A DNA stretch of 64,000 nt from Promethearchaeota archaeon. Its GTDB lineage: Archaea > Asgardarchaeota > Lokiarchaeia > Sigyniarchaeales > SOKP01. The position numbers were made by a program, and so were the translations under genes. The notes beneath the pieces are model-generated. The model did no database searches, was not told where the DNA came from, and saw only the letters and a list, made by a program, of their open reading frames with translations. The stretch spans positions 8,858-72,857 of the forward strand of contig JAGXNS010000002.1 of NCBI GenBank assembly GCA_019894855.1, given 5' to 3'. Shown here in pieces: positions 1 through 10,426 of this stretch; the first letter of the stretch is position 1, and each line of letters opens with the position of its first letter.

Positions 1-37
1 TGTTATAACAAATCCATAATGCTCAAAAATAAAATTT

Positions 38-673
38 TTAACCTTTTCTTTGTAGAGTTGTATTTATAATTCTTTTCAATCTATCTAAATTTGTTTTTTT
101 CGTTGCCGAGAATTCTAAATAAGGTATTTCGTTATAAACCCTATCTTTTTTATCAGTTATTTGAACTAAGTTTATTTCATAAGCCTTAGCAGAATTGATC
201 AATAATGAAAATATTCTTTTCTTATCAAAAACTGAAATCTTATCTATTTTATTTAAAATGACCAGAAGTGGTATTTCAAATTCTTTTAAAAATTTAATTA
301 ACTCAAAAGTTAGAGGGATTGCAGTTTTATCTTCCATAAAATATTTTTTTAACTCATCTTCAATTCTTAGTGAATTTAGTACTATTAAACCAAAAAAGTA
401 TTCATCATGGTGTTTTTCAATATGGATAACTATTTGCTTTTTTATGTGTTCCTCTCTTCGACGGCTAGAGTCTTTCATATACCCAAATCCAGGTAAATCC
501 ACGATTTTATAGGGCATCTGAGGGAATTCTATAGCTTTTATTAGTAGTGTGCTCCCGGGTTGTTTACCTGCTCTCCCTTTAAACTTTTTTGGATTTGGGA
601 GTAATAATCTTGTTATTGAACTTTTTCCTACATTTGAATTTCCCATAATCAGTAAAGAAGGTTTAACTTTCAT
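38..673 (-). CDS. engB: EngB/YihA/YsxC-family GTP-binding protein
   Basis: G1 GNSNVGKSS, G2 PGST, G3 DLPGFGY, G4 NKID, G5 FSA; 211 aa. Confidence 0.85.
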   Translation of the reverse strand: MKVKPSLLIMGNSNVGKSSITRLLLPNPKKFKGRAGKQPGSTLLIKAIEFPQMPYKIVDLPGFGYMKDSSRRREEHIKKQIVIHIEKHHDEYFFGLIVLNSLRIEDELKKYFMEDKTAIPLTFELIKFLKEFEIPLLVILNKIDKISVFDKKRIFSLLINSAKAYEINLVQITDKKDRVYNEIPYLEFSATKKTNLDRLKRIINTTLQRKG

Positions 674-823
674 GGTTTTGAATAATACAATATTGCTATA
701 TGACTGATATCTACTTATTAATTAAATATTTTTAATCTTATTAACATTCACAGTTTACTAAGTGAAGAAATTCTTATTTTAAATAAAAAGGGGTTAAACA
801 GTTAATCAAAAAAAGAAAAAAAA

Positions 824-1585
824 TTATTTGGTAAAGATTTTTTTCATCCAGTTTGGTAAGAGAAAACCGCCATAGAAGGCAAACGCGCTTGCTATTAATA
901 GCAATCTCATAACTACTAGCATCACCGAGAAAAGTAGAATAGTTGGATCAGGAAAAACTGTTCCTATCAGAATAGATCTTGCTGTTTTCTCTATCACAGC
1001 GGCAATTGTAAAAGCGATAAAAGCAAATTGAAGGAGCTTCCCTTTTAATCTAACTTCTTTATTTTCAGATTTTATTGATTTTCTAGCAAACTTAAAACCA
1101 GTCACAAATAAGATTAGAAATGAGATTAACAATAATATTGCTAAGAAATAGCCCAAATCGGCACTGAATGGTCTTGATAGGGTAATAACTCCTATTAAAT
1201 TAATATCCAAAAAGAAATTGTAGAAAAACAGCACTTCAAAGACAACACCAAAGATTAAAATGAGCACTATAGCTATCTTTTGTTTATCTTTATTGACCAT
1301 ATCTGTATAAGCAGTTACCCAACAAATTAAAGCGACCGGAACGAAAACATTACCAAGAATAAAATACCATTCTATAGCGAGAGTTCGTTGAATGAATAAG
1401 CTCATTAGAAATGAACTTGCTTCGGGTAGCCAAAGAGTGGACAATGTGAGCCAAGTAAGTCCCACTAGAATGTATATTCTATTCTTAATTTTACCATATT
1501 TGGAAATGATTGTAACTCCGATAATAAAGGAAATTATAACAAAAATTAGGCTAAGACTTCCTTGTAAAATATCTACTATATCCAT
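824..1585 (-). CDS. Multi-pass (about 7 TM) hypothetical membrane protein
   Basis: Seven hydrophobic stretches; ATG at 1585 preferred over GTG at 1594. Confidence 0.7.
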   Translation of the reverse strand: MDIVDILQGSLSLIFVIISFIIGVTIISKYGKIKNRIYILVGLTWLTLSTLWLPEASSFLMSLFIQRTLAIEWYFILGNVFVPVALICWVTAYTDMVNKDKQKIAIVLILIFGVVFEVLFFYNFFLDINLIGVITLSRPFSADLGYFLAILLLISFLILFVTGFKFARKSIKSENKEVRLKGKLLQFAFIAFTIAAVIEKTARSILIGTVFPDPTILLFSVMLVVMRLLLIASAFAFYGGFLLPNWMKKIFTK

Positions 1586-1710
1586 ATTAACCACTAATTT
1601 TTCTATTTTTTTTTATTAAATGGTAAGGTAAATATGTAATTAATATTATGAACTATTTATAATGTTAAGTATCAAAAGCAGTTTTTTTATAACATTACGA
1701 TTTCATTCCT

Positions 1711-2607
1711 TTAAATCTGATCAAAGAAATCGTCATTGAGAAATTCTTCATACATTTTCTTTTTTTCGTCATCTGTTAGAATAGGGCGTCTGTTTATTGG
1801 TTCCCCTAAGACATCTAGAAGATCTTTAATCCCTTTTTCACTTATATTTATCTTAAATTTACCCCCTTTGATGTATTTAACAACTTGTTTTTCATTTAGT
1901 GATAATCTTAAAATGTAACCTAATCCAAAATAAAACTGGTTTTCTGGAATAGGATCTATGGGACTTTTGCTCGTAACTTCCTTCAACATTTCATATAGAA
2001 GTGTCTTACTCGCAATGTGGTCTTCTGCCTCATAAACTAAATAACAAAGCGCATGATACCAAATTTTATCGCGTTTATCCTTATTGCGTTCAATGAAAAT
2101 TTCAGGTGTGATTACCTCTTTTTTAGCTTCCTGTTTTCTTTCTAAAAGTTCTTGTTTGATACGGTCTCCCAAATCTGAAGACATTAAAACGGGTTCTGCC
2201 ATTTGGTTTATTTCTGTTCCAGTTTCTTGAATCTCTTCTTGTTTTACAGATTCAATTGCTTTTTGCATTTCTTGCAGTTCCTCAAAATCGATACCTTCAA
2301 TATCTGAAAAATCACTTATCATCGCTTCTTTTTGCGCTAAATAAACTTCTTGCTCAGATGATTCAAGATCTGGTATAATTTCCTCAAGATTCTCGTCACC
2401 CTCTAAATTTTCTAATTCTTTTACTTTTGCAATCGCTTCTTGCATTTCTTTTAATTCCTCGAAATCTAAATCTTCCAAATCAGAAAAATCAGTCTCGAGA
2501 TTTTTCATTTCTGAAACATATATGTCTAAATCGTCTCGATCCTCTCTTGGTTCTTCTTTCTCCGTACTAGTTTCTACATCGTTTTGATTTTCTTGATCTT
2601 CGGTCAT
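1711..2607 (-). CDS. Hypothetical protein with acidic repeat-containing N-terminus and globular C-terminal domain
   Basis: 298-aa ORF; two DFSDxxxxDFEELxEMQxAI repeats. Confidence 0.7.
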   Translation of the reverse strand: MTEDQENQNDVETSTEKEEPREDRDDLDIYVSEMKNLETDFSDLEDLDFEELKEMQEAIAKVKELENLEGDENLEEIIPDLESSEQEVYLAQKEAMISDFSDIEGIDFEELQEMQKAIESVKQEEIQETGTEINQMAEPVLMSSDLGDRIKQELLERKQEAKKEVITPEIFIERNKDKRDKIWYHALCYLVYEAEDHIASKTLLYEMLKEVTSKSPIDPIPENQFYFGLGYILRLSLNEKQVVKYIKGGKFKINISEKGIKDLLDVLGEPINRRPILTDDEKKKMYEEFLNDDFFDQI

Positions 2608-2797
2608 ACTTACATCAAATTTATTCGCTTTAATTCATTTTAAAATTCCCTTAATAGTACTAATAAATCTTTAATTCTATAAATGTTGAGATTTGGAACA
2701 TTATAAAGAGATAAAAATAATCGAGTTCATTATTCATTGTAGATATTAAAAATTATTATTAAAAAAGTTGAAAAAAACTAAATTTCCATAAAATATA

Positions 2798-3361
2798 ATG
2801 TCTGGCGAAGGAGAAGATTTTAAATTCAAAATAATAGTAGTTGGAGACCCCTCGGTTGGAAAAACGACTCTAATTAGGAAATATACCACGGGAGCTTTTC
2901 AAAAGGATTATATCGCCACCTTGGGTGCTCAATTTTCTAATTACGAAGAAAACCTACAAGGGAAGAAAGTCAGATTATTTATTTGGGATCTGGCGGGTCA
3001 AGAATCGTTTGAATTTATGCGCCATAAGTTTTATAAGGGAAGTAGCGGGGCGATAATTGTATTTTCCCATGCTCCCGAAGAATTAGAAAGTTTTAATAAC
3101 ACTGAAAAGTGGTTGAATGAACTTAAAAAATATTGCGGAGATATTCCAATCGCTTTATTTGGGAACAAAATCGATTTAATTAAAAAAAACGAGTTGATAT
3201 CTAACGAGGAAAAAGCTAACTCAGATTTTAAAGTTGAGAAATTTGTAAATGAACACGGCATCATCGAATACTTTAAAACAAGTGCTTTGACAGGACAAGG
3301 AGTTATTGAAGCGTTTCAAAAGCTAGTTAGAGAGCTCTACTTCAAAGTTTTTAAAGAATAA
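2798..3361 (+). CDS. Rab-like small GTPase (Ras superfamily)
   Basis: GDPSVGKT, YIATLG, IWDLAGQE, GNKID, TSA motifs. Confidence 0.92.
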   Translation: MSGEGEDFKFKIIVVGDPSVGKTTLIRKYTTGAFQKDYIATLGAQFSNYEENLQGKKVRLFIWDLAGQESFEFMRHKFYKGSSGAIIVFSHAPEELESFNNTEKWLNELKKYCGDIPIALFGNKIDLIKKNELISNEEKANSDFKVEKFVNEHGIIEYFKTSALTGQGVIEAFQKLVRELYFKVFKE

Positions 3362-3391
3362 AAATATAAAAATAAATAATAATAATAAAAC

Positions 3392-5644
3392 CTAAGTCTT
3401 TTTGTAGATAAATCGATCCCAGCTTGAAGAATTGGCCAAATGGTCGGGCATACCCTTACGTTTGCGAATTTCGAGGATAAGATCTTCTTCTAAACTTTTT
3501 GGTACTTTTTCAAAACCAGAAAATTCGTATCCAAAAAACGCTCTTCCTTGAGTAGAACCTCGAATATCGTCAGCTATACCAATAGTTTCAGCTGCGGGAA
3601 TTACACCGTGAACTCTTACGTATTCTCCTTCTGGAATTACATTCGTAATTTTGCCGCGTCGCCGGTTAATAATAGCATTAACTGGTCCCTCTGTCCCCTC
3701 TGGAGTTTTCACATCAATTCTCTGAATAGGTTCAAAAAGATGAGGATCAGCATCCAACATTGCTAAGGACATAGCAGAGAAAGCCATTCCTGCTATTTGT
3801 CCGTACGATGTATGGCGAGTGTCTTCATGAATAGTCATGTCTGTGAAAACTATTTTAAATCCTGCGGCTGGTTCTTTCGCAAGAATACATTCTCCAAGCC
3901 AATCTCTAAAGGCAGCCGTTAAATAAGATTTAACTTTATCAAATCGTTGTAATCCTGAGGTGCCATTTACGAGTAAGCTTCCTTGATACACGTCAACGAT
4001 CCTTCTAGCTTCTTTCGCATCCCAACCTGCTTCTTCTCTTAAGATTTTTGCTCTATCTTTGTCATGCATCAAATCTGTTATTTTTCCGGAATCAATTAGT
4101 TTTTCTGTTAGCTCGTCTAGTGGTTCAAGGTATAACAAGATGCGATTATGAGAGTTTGCAGATTTTGTGTAAAAGTCTCTGCTTCTCTTAGTAATTTTTT
4201 CTCGAAATACTATAATCGGCTCTCCGATTATAATAGAAACTTGGTTATTGATCCGTTTGGTAAGGATTTCAATTTGAAGCGGATCGATTCCACTTAGGAT
4301 GAACTCTCCAGATTCTTTATCCCGCCGATACATCGCAGTAGGATCTGCTTGAAGCCACTTACTTACTACCGTATCTAATTTGTCGATTTCGTGTGGATCT
4401 TTGGGTTTTATGCTTCTTGAAACAACTGGTTCGCACGCATATTGGATTTTTTCAAAAGACGGGAGAAGCATAGCTTCTTTTTTATCCTTTGGGACATCAC
4501 TAGCTGACATAAATGTCTCTCCAGAGGGACAAATAAAACCATATAAAGCAAACAGATTTCCTGCAGGAATTTTTGGGACATCCAATAGATCTGTAATTTC
4601 CATGACTCCTAATCGTTTTACTCGATTACTTGTTCTATTATTTACCAAATAAATCGCGTCCGATAATCGGAATGTACCAGAAAAAACACGGCCTATTAGG
4701 GTAGGTTGGTACCCTCTTCGTGGGTCTAAGAATATTTTTGTAATCATACCATAGAGAGGCCCATTAGGATCGCATTTTTGGAGTGATTGTCCTAGTTCTG
4801 AGTCTAAATCACCAGCCCATATGTGAGGAATTCTATACTTTGAAGCTTCAACAGGATTAGGTAAGTGATCCACAACCATCCTTAACATAGGCTCGTCAAG
4901 TGGAAGATTATCTCTTAACCACTGAATGTCGCCTTCGCTATATTTTGCGAATACATCTTGTGGCTTTAAACCTTTTTCTACTAAAATTTCGTACGTAAAC
5001 CCCCACCCGTGTTTCGCTGAACCAACAGCAACGCTATTTTTGGCAAAATCGACGGTCCAACCTGATCCTTCGGGCCTAATCTTTTTGATTAATTCATTTA
5101 CCTGTCTAGATATTTTATCAATTTTTTCGAAAGTATCTTGTGGACTTAATTTAAGTTCACTTATTAACCGATCTACCTTATTAATAAATAATACAGGTTT
5201 ACAATACTCTTCACCAACGGATAATCGGATATTTGTCTCTGTTTGAGTCATAACCCCTTCTAACGCGTCGACGAGGATAATTGCACCATCGCTACCTCTA
5301 AGAGCACGCGATACTTCTCCGGTAAAAGAGATATGTCCAGGGGTGTCATTAATTTGAAGGATGTATGGTTCATCATCATCCGGTTTTCTTGGGTCATTGA
5401 ATGCTAACAGAACAACACTCGTGAAAATCGTAATTCCTCTTGCCTGCTCCTCTTCGTCAGAATCAGTCATCTGAAGTTGTCCGGCGTCCTCTTCCCTCAT
5501 CAAACCCGCACGTCTTAACAGGTAATCGCTTGCGGTAGTTTTACCGTGGTCTATATGAGCTACTATTGAAAACAACCGCTTTTTCTCGAATGAACCTGAT
5601 GTAATGAGTTGTGCGATCTCTTCGGGATTTTTTACTTTAACCAT
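3392..5644 (-). CDS. fusA: Translation elongation factor aEF-2
   Basis: AHIDHGKTT, RGITI, DTPGH, NKVD; domain IV HEDxxH loop; 750 aa. Confidence 0.93.
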   Translation of the reverse strand: MVKVKNPEEIAQLITSGSFEKKRLFSIVAHIDHGKTTASDYLLRRAGLMREEDAGQLQMTDSDEEEQARGITIFTSVVLLAFNDPRKPDDDEPYILQINDTPGHISFTGEVSRALRGSDGAIILVDALEGVMTQTETNIRLSVGEEYCKPVLFINKVDRLISELKLSPQDTFEKIDKISRQVNELIKKIRPEGSGWTVDFAKNSVAVGSAKHGWGFTYEILVEKGLKPQDVFAKYSEGDIQWLRDNLPLDEPMLRMVVDHLPNPVEASKYRIPHIWAGDLDSELGQSLQKCDPNGPLYGMITKIFLDPRRGYQPTLIGRVFSGTFRLSDAIYLVNNRTSNRVKRLGVMEITDLLDVPKIPAGNLFALYGFICPSGETFMSASDVPKDKKEAMLLPSFEKIQYACEPVVSRSIKPKDPHEIDKLDTVVSKWLQADPTAMYRRDKESGEFILSGIDPLQIEILTKRINNQVSIIIGEPIIVFREKITKRSRDFYTKSANSHNRILLYLEPLDELTEKLIDSGKITDLMHDKDRAKILREEAGWDAKEARRIVDVYQGSLLVNGTSGLQRFDKVKSYLTAAFRDWLGECILAKEPAAGFKIVFTDMTIHEDTRHTSYGQIAGMAFSAMSLAMLDADPHLFEPIQRIDVKTPEGTEGPVNAIINRRRGKITNVIPEGEYVRVHGVIPAAETIGIADDIRGSTQGRAFFGYEFSGFEKVPKSLEEDLILEIRKRKGMPDHLANSSSWDRFIYKKT

Positions 5645-5876
5645 TTCATTTTCTCTCTTTTCACTTAAAGATCATAGTAATTAGCTATGAAATAATAAGA
5701 ATAATATTTAAAATTTAATTAGTAAATGAATAAAATCATAAAAATTTTATGGAAAAAGCAATCTACTACTAACTTAAAAGATTTATTAAATGTTTTTTTA
5801 TAAAGAGAGTAACAAATTTTGTTATAGTCTCGATATCTTAGAAAAAATTAGAATCTTTCTTTAAAATAAATCGTAA

Positions 5877-5948
5877 TTAAAAATCTATACGCTCAGAAAA
5901 AGCGTCAGCAGTTTTTATTATAATTGTTCTTTTTGTATACTTGTCCAT
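5877..5948 (-). CDS. Putative 23-aa micropeptide (MDKYTKRTIIIKTADAFSERIDF)
   Basis: AAGGT SD-like motif 8 nt upstream of ATG; below the ORF-track size cutoff. Confidence 0.35.
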   Translation of the reverse strand: MDKYTKRTIIIKTADAFSERIDF

Positions 5949-6021
5949 TTTCATTTACCTTTTATTGGGGTTTTTTGGTATTTTTAATAATAAAAAATGT
6001 TAAAAAAAAAATAATTCGTTC

Positions 6022-6093
6022 TTATCTTGCAACAAAATTTAATGTTTTGAAGTTCATTTTAGCTTTTACGGCTTCAATATTGGTTTTTTCCAT
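6022..6093 (-). CDS. Putative 23-aa micropeptide (MEKTNIEAVKAKMNFKTLNFVAR)
   Basis: AAGGAGGT SD (GGAGGT at 6102-6107) 8 nt upstream of ATG. Confidence 0.5.
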   Translation of the reverse strand: MEKTNIEAVKAKMNFKTLNFVAR

Positions 6094-6247
6094 TAGTTTT
6101 TACCTCCTTTTTTTTATTTTTCTTGTTTTTGTTCTTAATTAAAACAAGGTAAGGATGCATAATTAGTTTTTAATGCTAAACTATGAATGGACTTTTGAAC
6201 ATTTGATGAACTGTTCTAAATCCTGTGGAGAAGCAAAAAAAAGGTGT

Positions 6248-7702
6248 TTATGTAAAAGGTAAAACCATATTTACCAATATGTAGATACTTCTTTTACCCG
6301 ATTTTGTCATTGTTTCTTTAGAATTTGATATATTTACAATTCTTAAATTGTCTGGAATTTTGTTTGTGATGAAATCCTTTAAATAATCTTCAAAAATGTC
6401 ATAATCTCTTATAGTTTTTACCCATAAGTAGCCATCTTTCTCAAAAAAATCTGGATTCCTTTGTTTAAATTTGTCTGAGTGTACTTTATCTTTAATTGGA
6501 GGGCCTCGACGTAAATAAGATTTCTCTATTTCAGGATATTCGCAGTATATAGCGAGATTATAATCCTCATAATCTGCTTCAAAATACACTTCAAATTCTA
6601 TTTTGCCAAATCGCTCAGCGCGCGAGACTTCTTTTTCTCCCTTCGATTTTACGCTATCCCCTATGGAGTATAATTTATCCCTATTAATCGTATAATGAAT
6701 CTCAGAGTTTTCGTTTTTAAGCTCGATTATGAAAATATTATCAGCAAGAGACGGTTTTATAGTGGAGATGTTTATTTCCGGAATTTCTTCTATAACAAAG
6801 AATTTCTTATTAGGATTATCTAGAAATTCCTTAATTCTCTGATTACAATATTTATACGCTTTTTCTGAAATTGCAGAAGCCACATTTCGATTCTTATCAA
6901 TAGGATCAGAAATGATGAGATAATCGTTTTGAAAATGTTGAATCTTCCTTAAATCATTAATGGATCTATTATGGAAATCAATAGGGATATTTTTAAGTAA
7001 ATTGAAATTAGAAAACAAATTCTGCAGAGTTTTGTAGTGGGATATAAGAAGCTCTGCACTATAGCCAATGAATCCTACTTTTCCGACAGCGCTTTTGTCA
7101 CCGTAGCAATTGTTAGCTTTAAAAAACTGCTTTAATATTCTTACTTCATTTCTTTGTTCTTCCGTTAAATTATTTTTGATAAAATGACCATGCCAAGGTG
7201 ATCTATCGACTGCCGTCACGGGGCCATATTTATCTATAAAATCCAAATCTAAATCGAAAAAAAGAACAATATCTATTTTAATTTTATAATTTTCAGTGAA
7301 GTAATCTACCGTTACATAAGGGTGTTCAGCATAAAGGAGCCGTGGATTGCGAAATTCTTTTGGGGTTAACGATTTTTTTATCCAATTATTACATAAATTA
7401 AGAAAATCTTTCTTAGATTCTTTTTTTAATTTATTTTTGCTTAATCCTTCGTATTTTGGTTTATATAACTCATAATTCAATCCAACAAATAAATCAATGT
7501 CAAAATCGTTTTTTAATTGTGTTTGTTTGATTCCTGTTGAGCCCTGAGGTTCAATTTTTGTGTATGGTATATTTAATTGTTGGGCTTTCTCATCTAATAT
7601 TACTTTGAGTTTTTTAATGATAACGTTGATTAAAGTGAGTTCATGTTGGGTTGGAATGATATCTTCTAAAACTTCTTTAAAAATTGTATTTATTGAAGTC
7701 AT
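6248..7702 (-). CDS. cca: Archaeal class I CCA-adding enzyme
   Basis: GS..K.T.L..D.DIDLF nucleotidyltransferase motif, YAEHPYV, AVDRSPWH, GFIGYSAELL, DPIDKNRNVA. Confidence 0.93.
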   Translation of the reverse strand: MTSINTIFKEVLEDIIPTQHELTLINVIIKKLKVILDEKAQQLNIPYTKIEPQGSTGIKQTQLKNDFDIDLFVGLNYELYKPKYEGLSKNKLKKESKKDFLNLCNNWIKKSLTPKEFRNPRLLYAEHPYVTVDYFTENYKIKIDIVLFFDLDLDFIDKYGPVTAVDRSPWHGHFIKNNLTEEQRNEVRILKQFFKANNCYGDKSAVGKVGFIGYSAELLISHYKTLQNLFSNFNLLKNIPIDFHNRSINDLRKIQHFQNDYLIISDPIDKNRNVASAISEKAYKYCNQRIKEFLDNPNKKFFVIEEIPEINISTIKPSLADNIFIIELKNENSEIHYTINRDKLYSIGDSVKSKGEKEVSRAERFGKIEFEVYFEADYEDYNLAIYCEYPEIEKSYLRRGPPIKDKVHSDKFKQRNPDFFEKDGYLWVKTIRDYDIFEDYLKDFITNKIPDNLRIVNISNSKETMTKSGKRSIYILVNMVLPFT

Positions 7703-7831
7703 GCGTGAAGGATTTGAAGGCGTTGATTGAAGTAAAAATTATTCTTATTATATAAAGGTATTCCAAATTTAAATAAATTCTATGAACTTAAATATTTTTA
7801 TCCAATTAACTTTAATTTTCATACAAATTCT

Positions 7832-8449
7832 CTATTTAATTGGGTTCCTTAAAAGACTCCAATGAAAAATCTTGGTGCCTGGAAGAATAACTTTTTGAAG
7901 GATGCAAAAGCCGAACTGCTTAAAAAGTTCTACGTTTTTCTCTTTATTCGTTTCAAGATAAATTGGTTTGCTTTCTAGATCAATTTTATTAATAGTCGTA
8001 GATAGTAATTGTTGTCCGAAACCTATTCCCTGATGGTTTGGTCCTACTCCAATTAGAGATAAGTACCAATGTGGGTATGGAGCAAATTTTTTATGAAGAT
8101 TATTGGTAAATTTATAAATTTTATTTTGTAAAGTCAGGTATTTCCATTTAACTTTTACTGGCAGAGCTAATGCCCCCGTTTTAATTGCTTTCCATCTGGT
8201 GTGAGACGAATTCTTTGGTGGTAACCAAACTGAAATACCTTCAAAATTTGGAGATGAATATACTTCTCCATAACATAAGCCATATTTGATAACATGCTGA
8301 AAATAAAGATTAAGTGTTTTTAATCGTTGATTAGTATCCAGAATAATATAATTAAAAATAGGATCGTGCTGAAACGCTTTACTAAGGATATTACTGGCAA
8401 TTTTTAATTTATTGATGGGAAGATGCAAAACTTTTCGAATTTCAATCAT
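7832..8449 (-). CDS. GNAT-family N-acetyltransferase
   Basis: WYLSLIGV.P.HQG.G.G motif A, YLET...N..F..FGF; ATG at 8449 overlaps the infB stop (TAATG). Confidence 0.85.
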   Translation of the reverse strand: MIEIRKVLHLPINKLKIASNILSKAFQHDPIFNYIILDTNQRLKTLNLYFQHVIKYGLCYGEVYSSPNFEGISVWLPPKNSSHTRWKAIKTGALALPVKVKWKYLTLQNKIYKFTNNLHKKFAPYPHWYLSLIGVGPNHQGIGFGQQLLSTTINKIDLESKPIYLETNKEKNVELFKQFGFCILQKVILPGTKIFHWSLLRNPIK

Positions 8450-10257
8450 TACATGCCCCACCACGGGTGTTGCATCGATCTTTGGAGGATAATATATTCT
8501 CGTAAAGCTTGTTTTTGATCCACGGTTAATTCATCTAGGAATTTTCCCATGATCTGTCTCACGTGAGATTCTGGTACATTAACGAACAGAGTTTCATCTC
8601 TATCGATATCTCTCCCTATCTCAATGCCACGAATAGATATAGCTACTTCGTCATCTTTTACAGCTTTTTCTAAAGTTTTACCTTTATCCTGAATTTGGTG
8701 AACTCTTTTCGCTTTCTTTCCGTCAGCAGTGATTAACGTTACTTTAGGATATAAAGTACCCGCTTCCACATGTACTCCAAATACTGCGGGATCTGAATTT
8801 CTAAATATAAAATCGGGCATCATTCTTAGTTTAGCAGGTAAAACTAATTCGCTTAATCCTTTTGCGGTCTCCTCTGCTTTTCGTACCTCAGCATATTCTA
8901 TATAATCTTCCAACAGTCTATAAATGACATTATTCGTGAAAATTCTTATATTGTCTGTTATAGCTTGTTCTTTTGCATCGGGTAGAATAGCCACATTAAA
9001 TCCTAAAACGGTTGCTGAATATGGATCGAGACTTTTAACTAAATTTGCATTCATAATATCCTCTTTTTTAATCGGACCCACATCGGCAATACTTATCTTA
9101 ACACCATTCTTTGTGAAATGATTTTCTAACGCTTCAAGAGAACCTAATGTATCTGCTTTTAACACTACGCCTGCTTTGTCTGTTTTAATTCGAATACTTT
9201 CTACTTCTGATTCAATTTCGTTGTATACAGTTTCTTCTTGTGAAGGATCACCAATTCCTCTAAATGGAGATCCAGCAACAACATCTTCGATATTAGGAGC
9301 AAGAATCTTAATTCCAGCTGCTGCACTTACTATATCTACAGAATCAAATTTTTGTCTAGGATCTCTTATCTCATCTAAAGGTTTCGGCATGAGTAAAGCT
9401 CTTACTTTCGACTTAATAGGTTTTTCTAAACCGCCAACAATGAACTCTTCGCCTTTCTTGATTATTCCATCGTATATTAAGACATCCATAGTTACTGCTT
9501 GACCTTTTTCTTTCTTCACCTCCAAAACTACGCCTTTGGCGGGTCCTTCACTAAATTTCAAGTTTTCAGTTAAAAATTGTTGCACCAGTCCCATTAAAAC
9601 CATCAATAAAGTTGATATTCCCTCGCCTGTTTTGGCGCTCGTAGGTACGATTGCCACTTTTTTAGTAAAATCTTTTATTTTATCGTAACGATCGATTCCT
9701 GTAAAACCTTCCTGTAAGAAATCTATTCCTATTTGAATTAATTTTTCGTCAAGAAAATCTCTAACATGAGGTTTTTGTTTATTATATGAATCTAAAAAAT
9801 CAGCATCTTTAATAGATTTCCACCCTGTTATCCTATCGATTTTATTAGCAGCAATAACAAATGGCACTTTCCGCTCGCGTAATATTCTAACGGATTCCCA
9901 CGTAATTGGCATGTTCCCGGCTGTTACATCGATAACCAATATTGCTATATCTGCAACAGCCCCCCCTCTTTTACGCAAGTTCATAAAGGCGGCGTGTCCT
10001 GGAGTATCAATAATTAATATGCCAGGTAATTGAATTTCTTTTTCAGCAAATTCTTGCTTTGATTTCTTTAAGAAATCTTTTATATCTTTAGTGGGAAAAT
10101 AAGAAGCTCCAATATGTTGTGTAATACCAGCAGCTTCTCTTTGTTGCACTACGGTTCCTCGAATATAATCTAACAGAGAAGTTTTACCATGATCAATATG
10201 TCCTAAAATCGAAGCAATAGGAGCCCTTATAATTTTTTTATCGGTTTCAGCTGTCAA
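8449..10257 (-). CDS. infB: Translation initiation factor aIF5B (IF-2)
   Basis: GHIDHGKT, GITQHIGA, DTPGH, NKID, KADTLGSLEAL; TTG start. Confidence 0.96.
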   Translation of the reverse strand: MTAETDKKIIRAPIASILGHIDHGKTSLLDYIRGTVVQQREAAGITQHIGASYFPTKDIKDFLKKSKQEFAEKEIQLPGILIIDTPGHAAFMNLRKRGGAVADIAILVIDVTAGNMPITWESVRILRERKVPFVIAANKIDRITGWKSIKDADFLDSYNKQKPHVRDFLDEKLIQIGIDFLQEGFTGIDRYDKIKDFTKKVAIVPTSAKTGEGISTLLMVLMGLVQQFLTENLKFSEGPAKGVVLEVKKEKGQAVTMDVLIYDGIIKKGEEFIVGGLEKPIKSKVRALLMPKPLDEIRDPRQKFDSVDIVSAAAGIKILAPNIEDVVAGSPFRGIGDPSQEETVYNEIESEVESIRIKTDKAGVVLKADTLGSLEALENHFTKNGVKISIADVGPIKKEDIMNANLVKSLDPYSATVLGFNVAILPDAKEQAITDNIRIFTNNVIYRLLEDYIEYAEVRKAEETAKGLSELVLPAKLRMMPDFIFRNSDPAVFGVHVEAGTLYPKVTLITADGKKAKRVHQIQDKGKTLEKAVKDDEVAISIRGIEIGRDIDRDETLFVNVPESHVRQIMGKFLDELTVDQKQALREYIILQRSMQHPWWGM

Positions 10258-10426
10258 TTAAACTCACTTATGATTTATAATAATAGTAAAAATCTAATTA
10301 ATTCTCATAATTATAAAAGGTATAATATGATATAGATTTAACTAGAAATAAATAGATGTAATTAACTAATTGAGGTCTCTCTTTTGATTACAAAAGAGAT
10401 AGATACACTTATCATACTAATTTATC

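Noticed and set aside
5924-6142. 72-aa hydrophobic + strand ORF
   Set aside because: Product of T-rich sequence antisense to the SD-led micro-ORFs; no SD or motif
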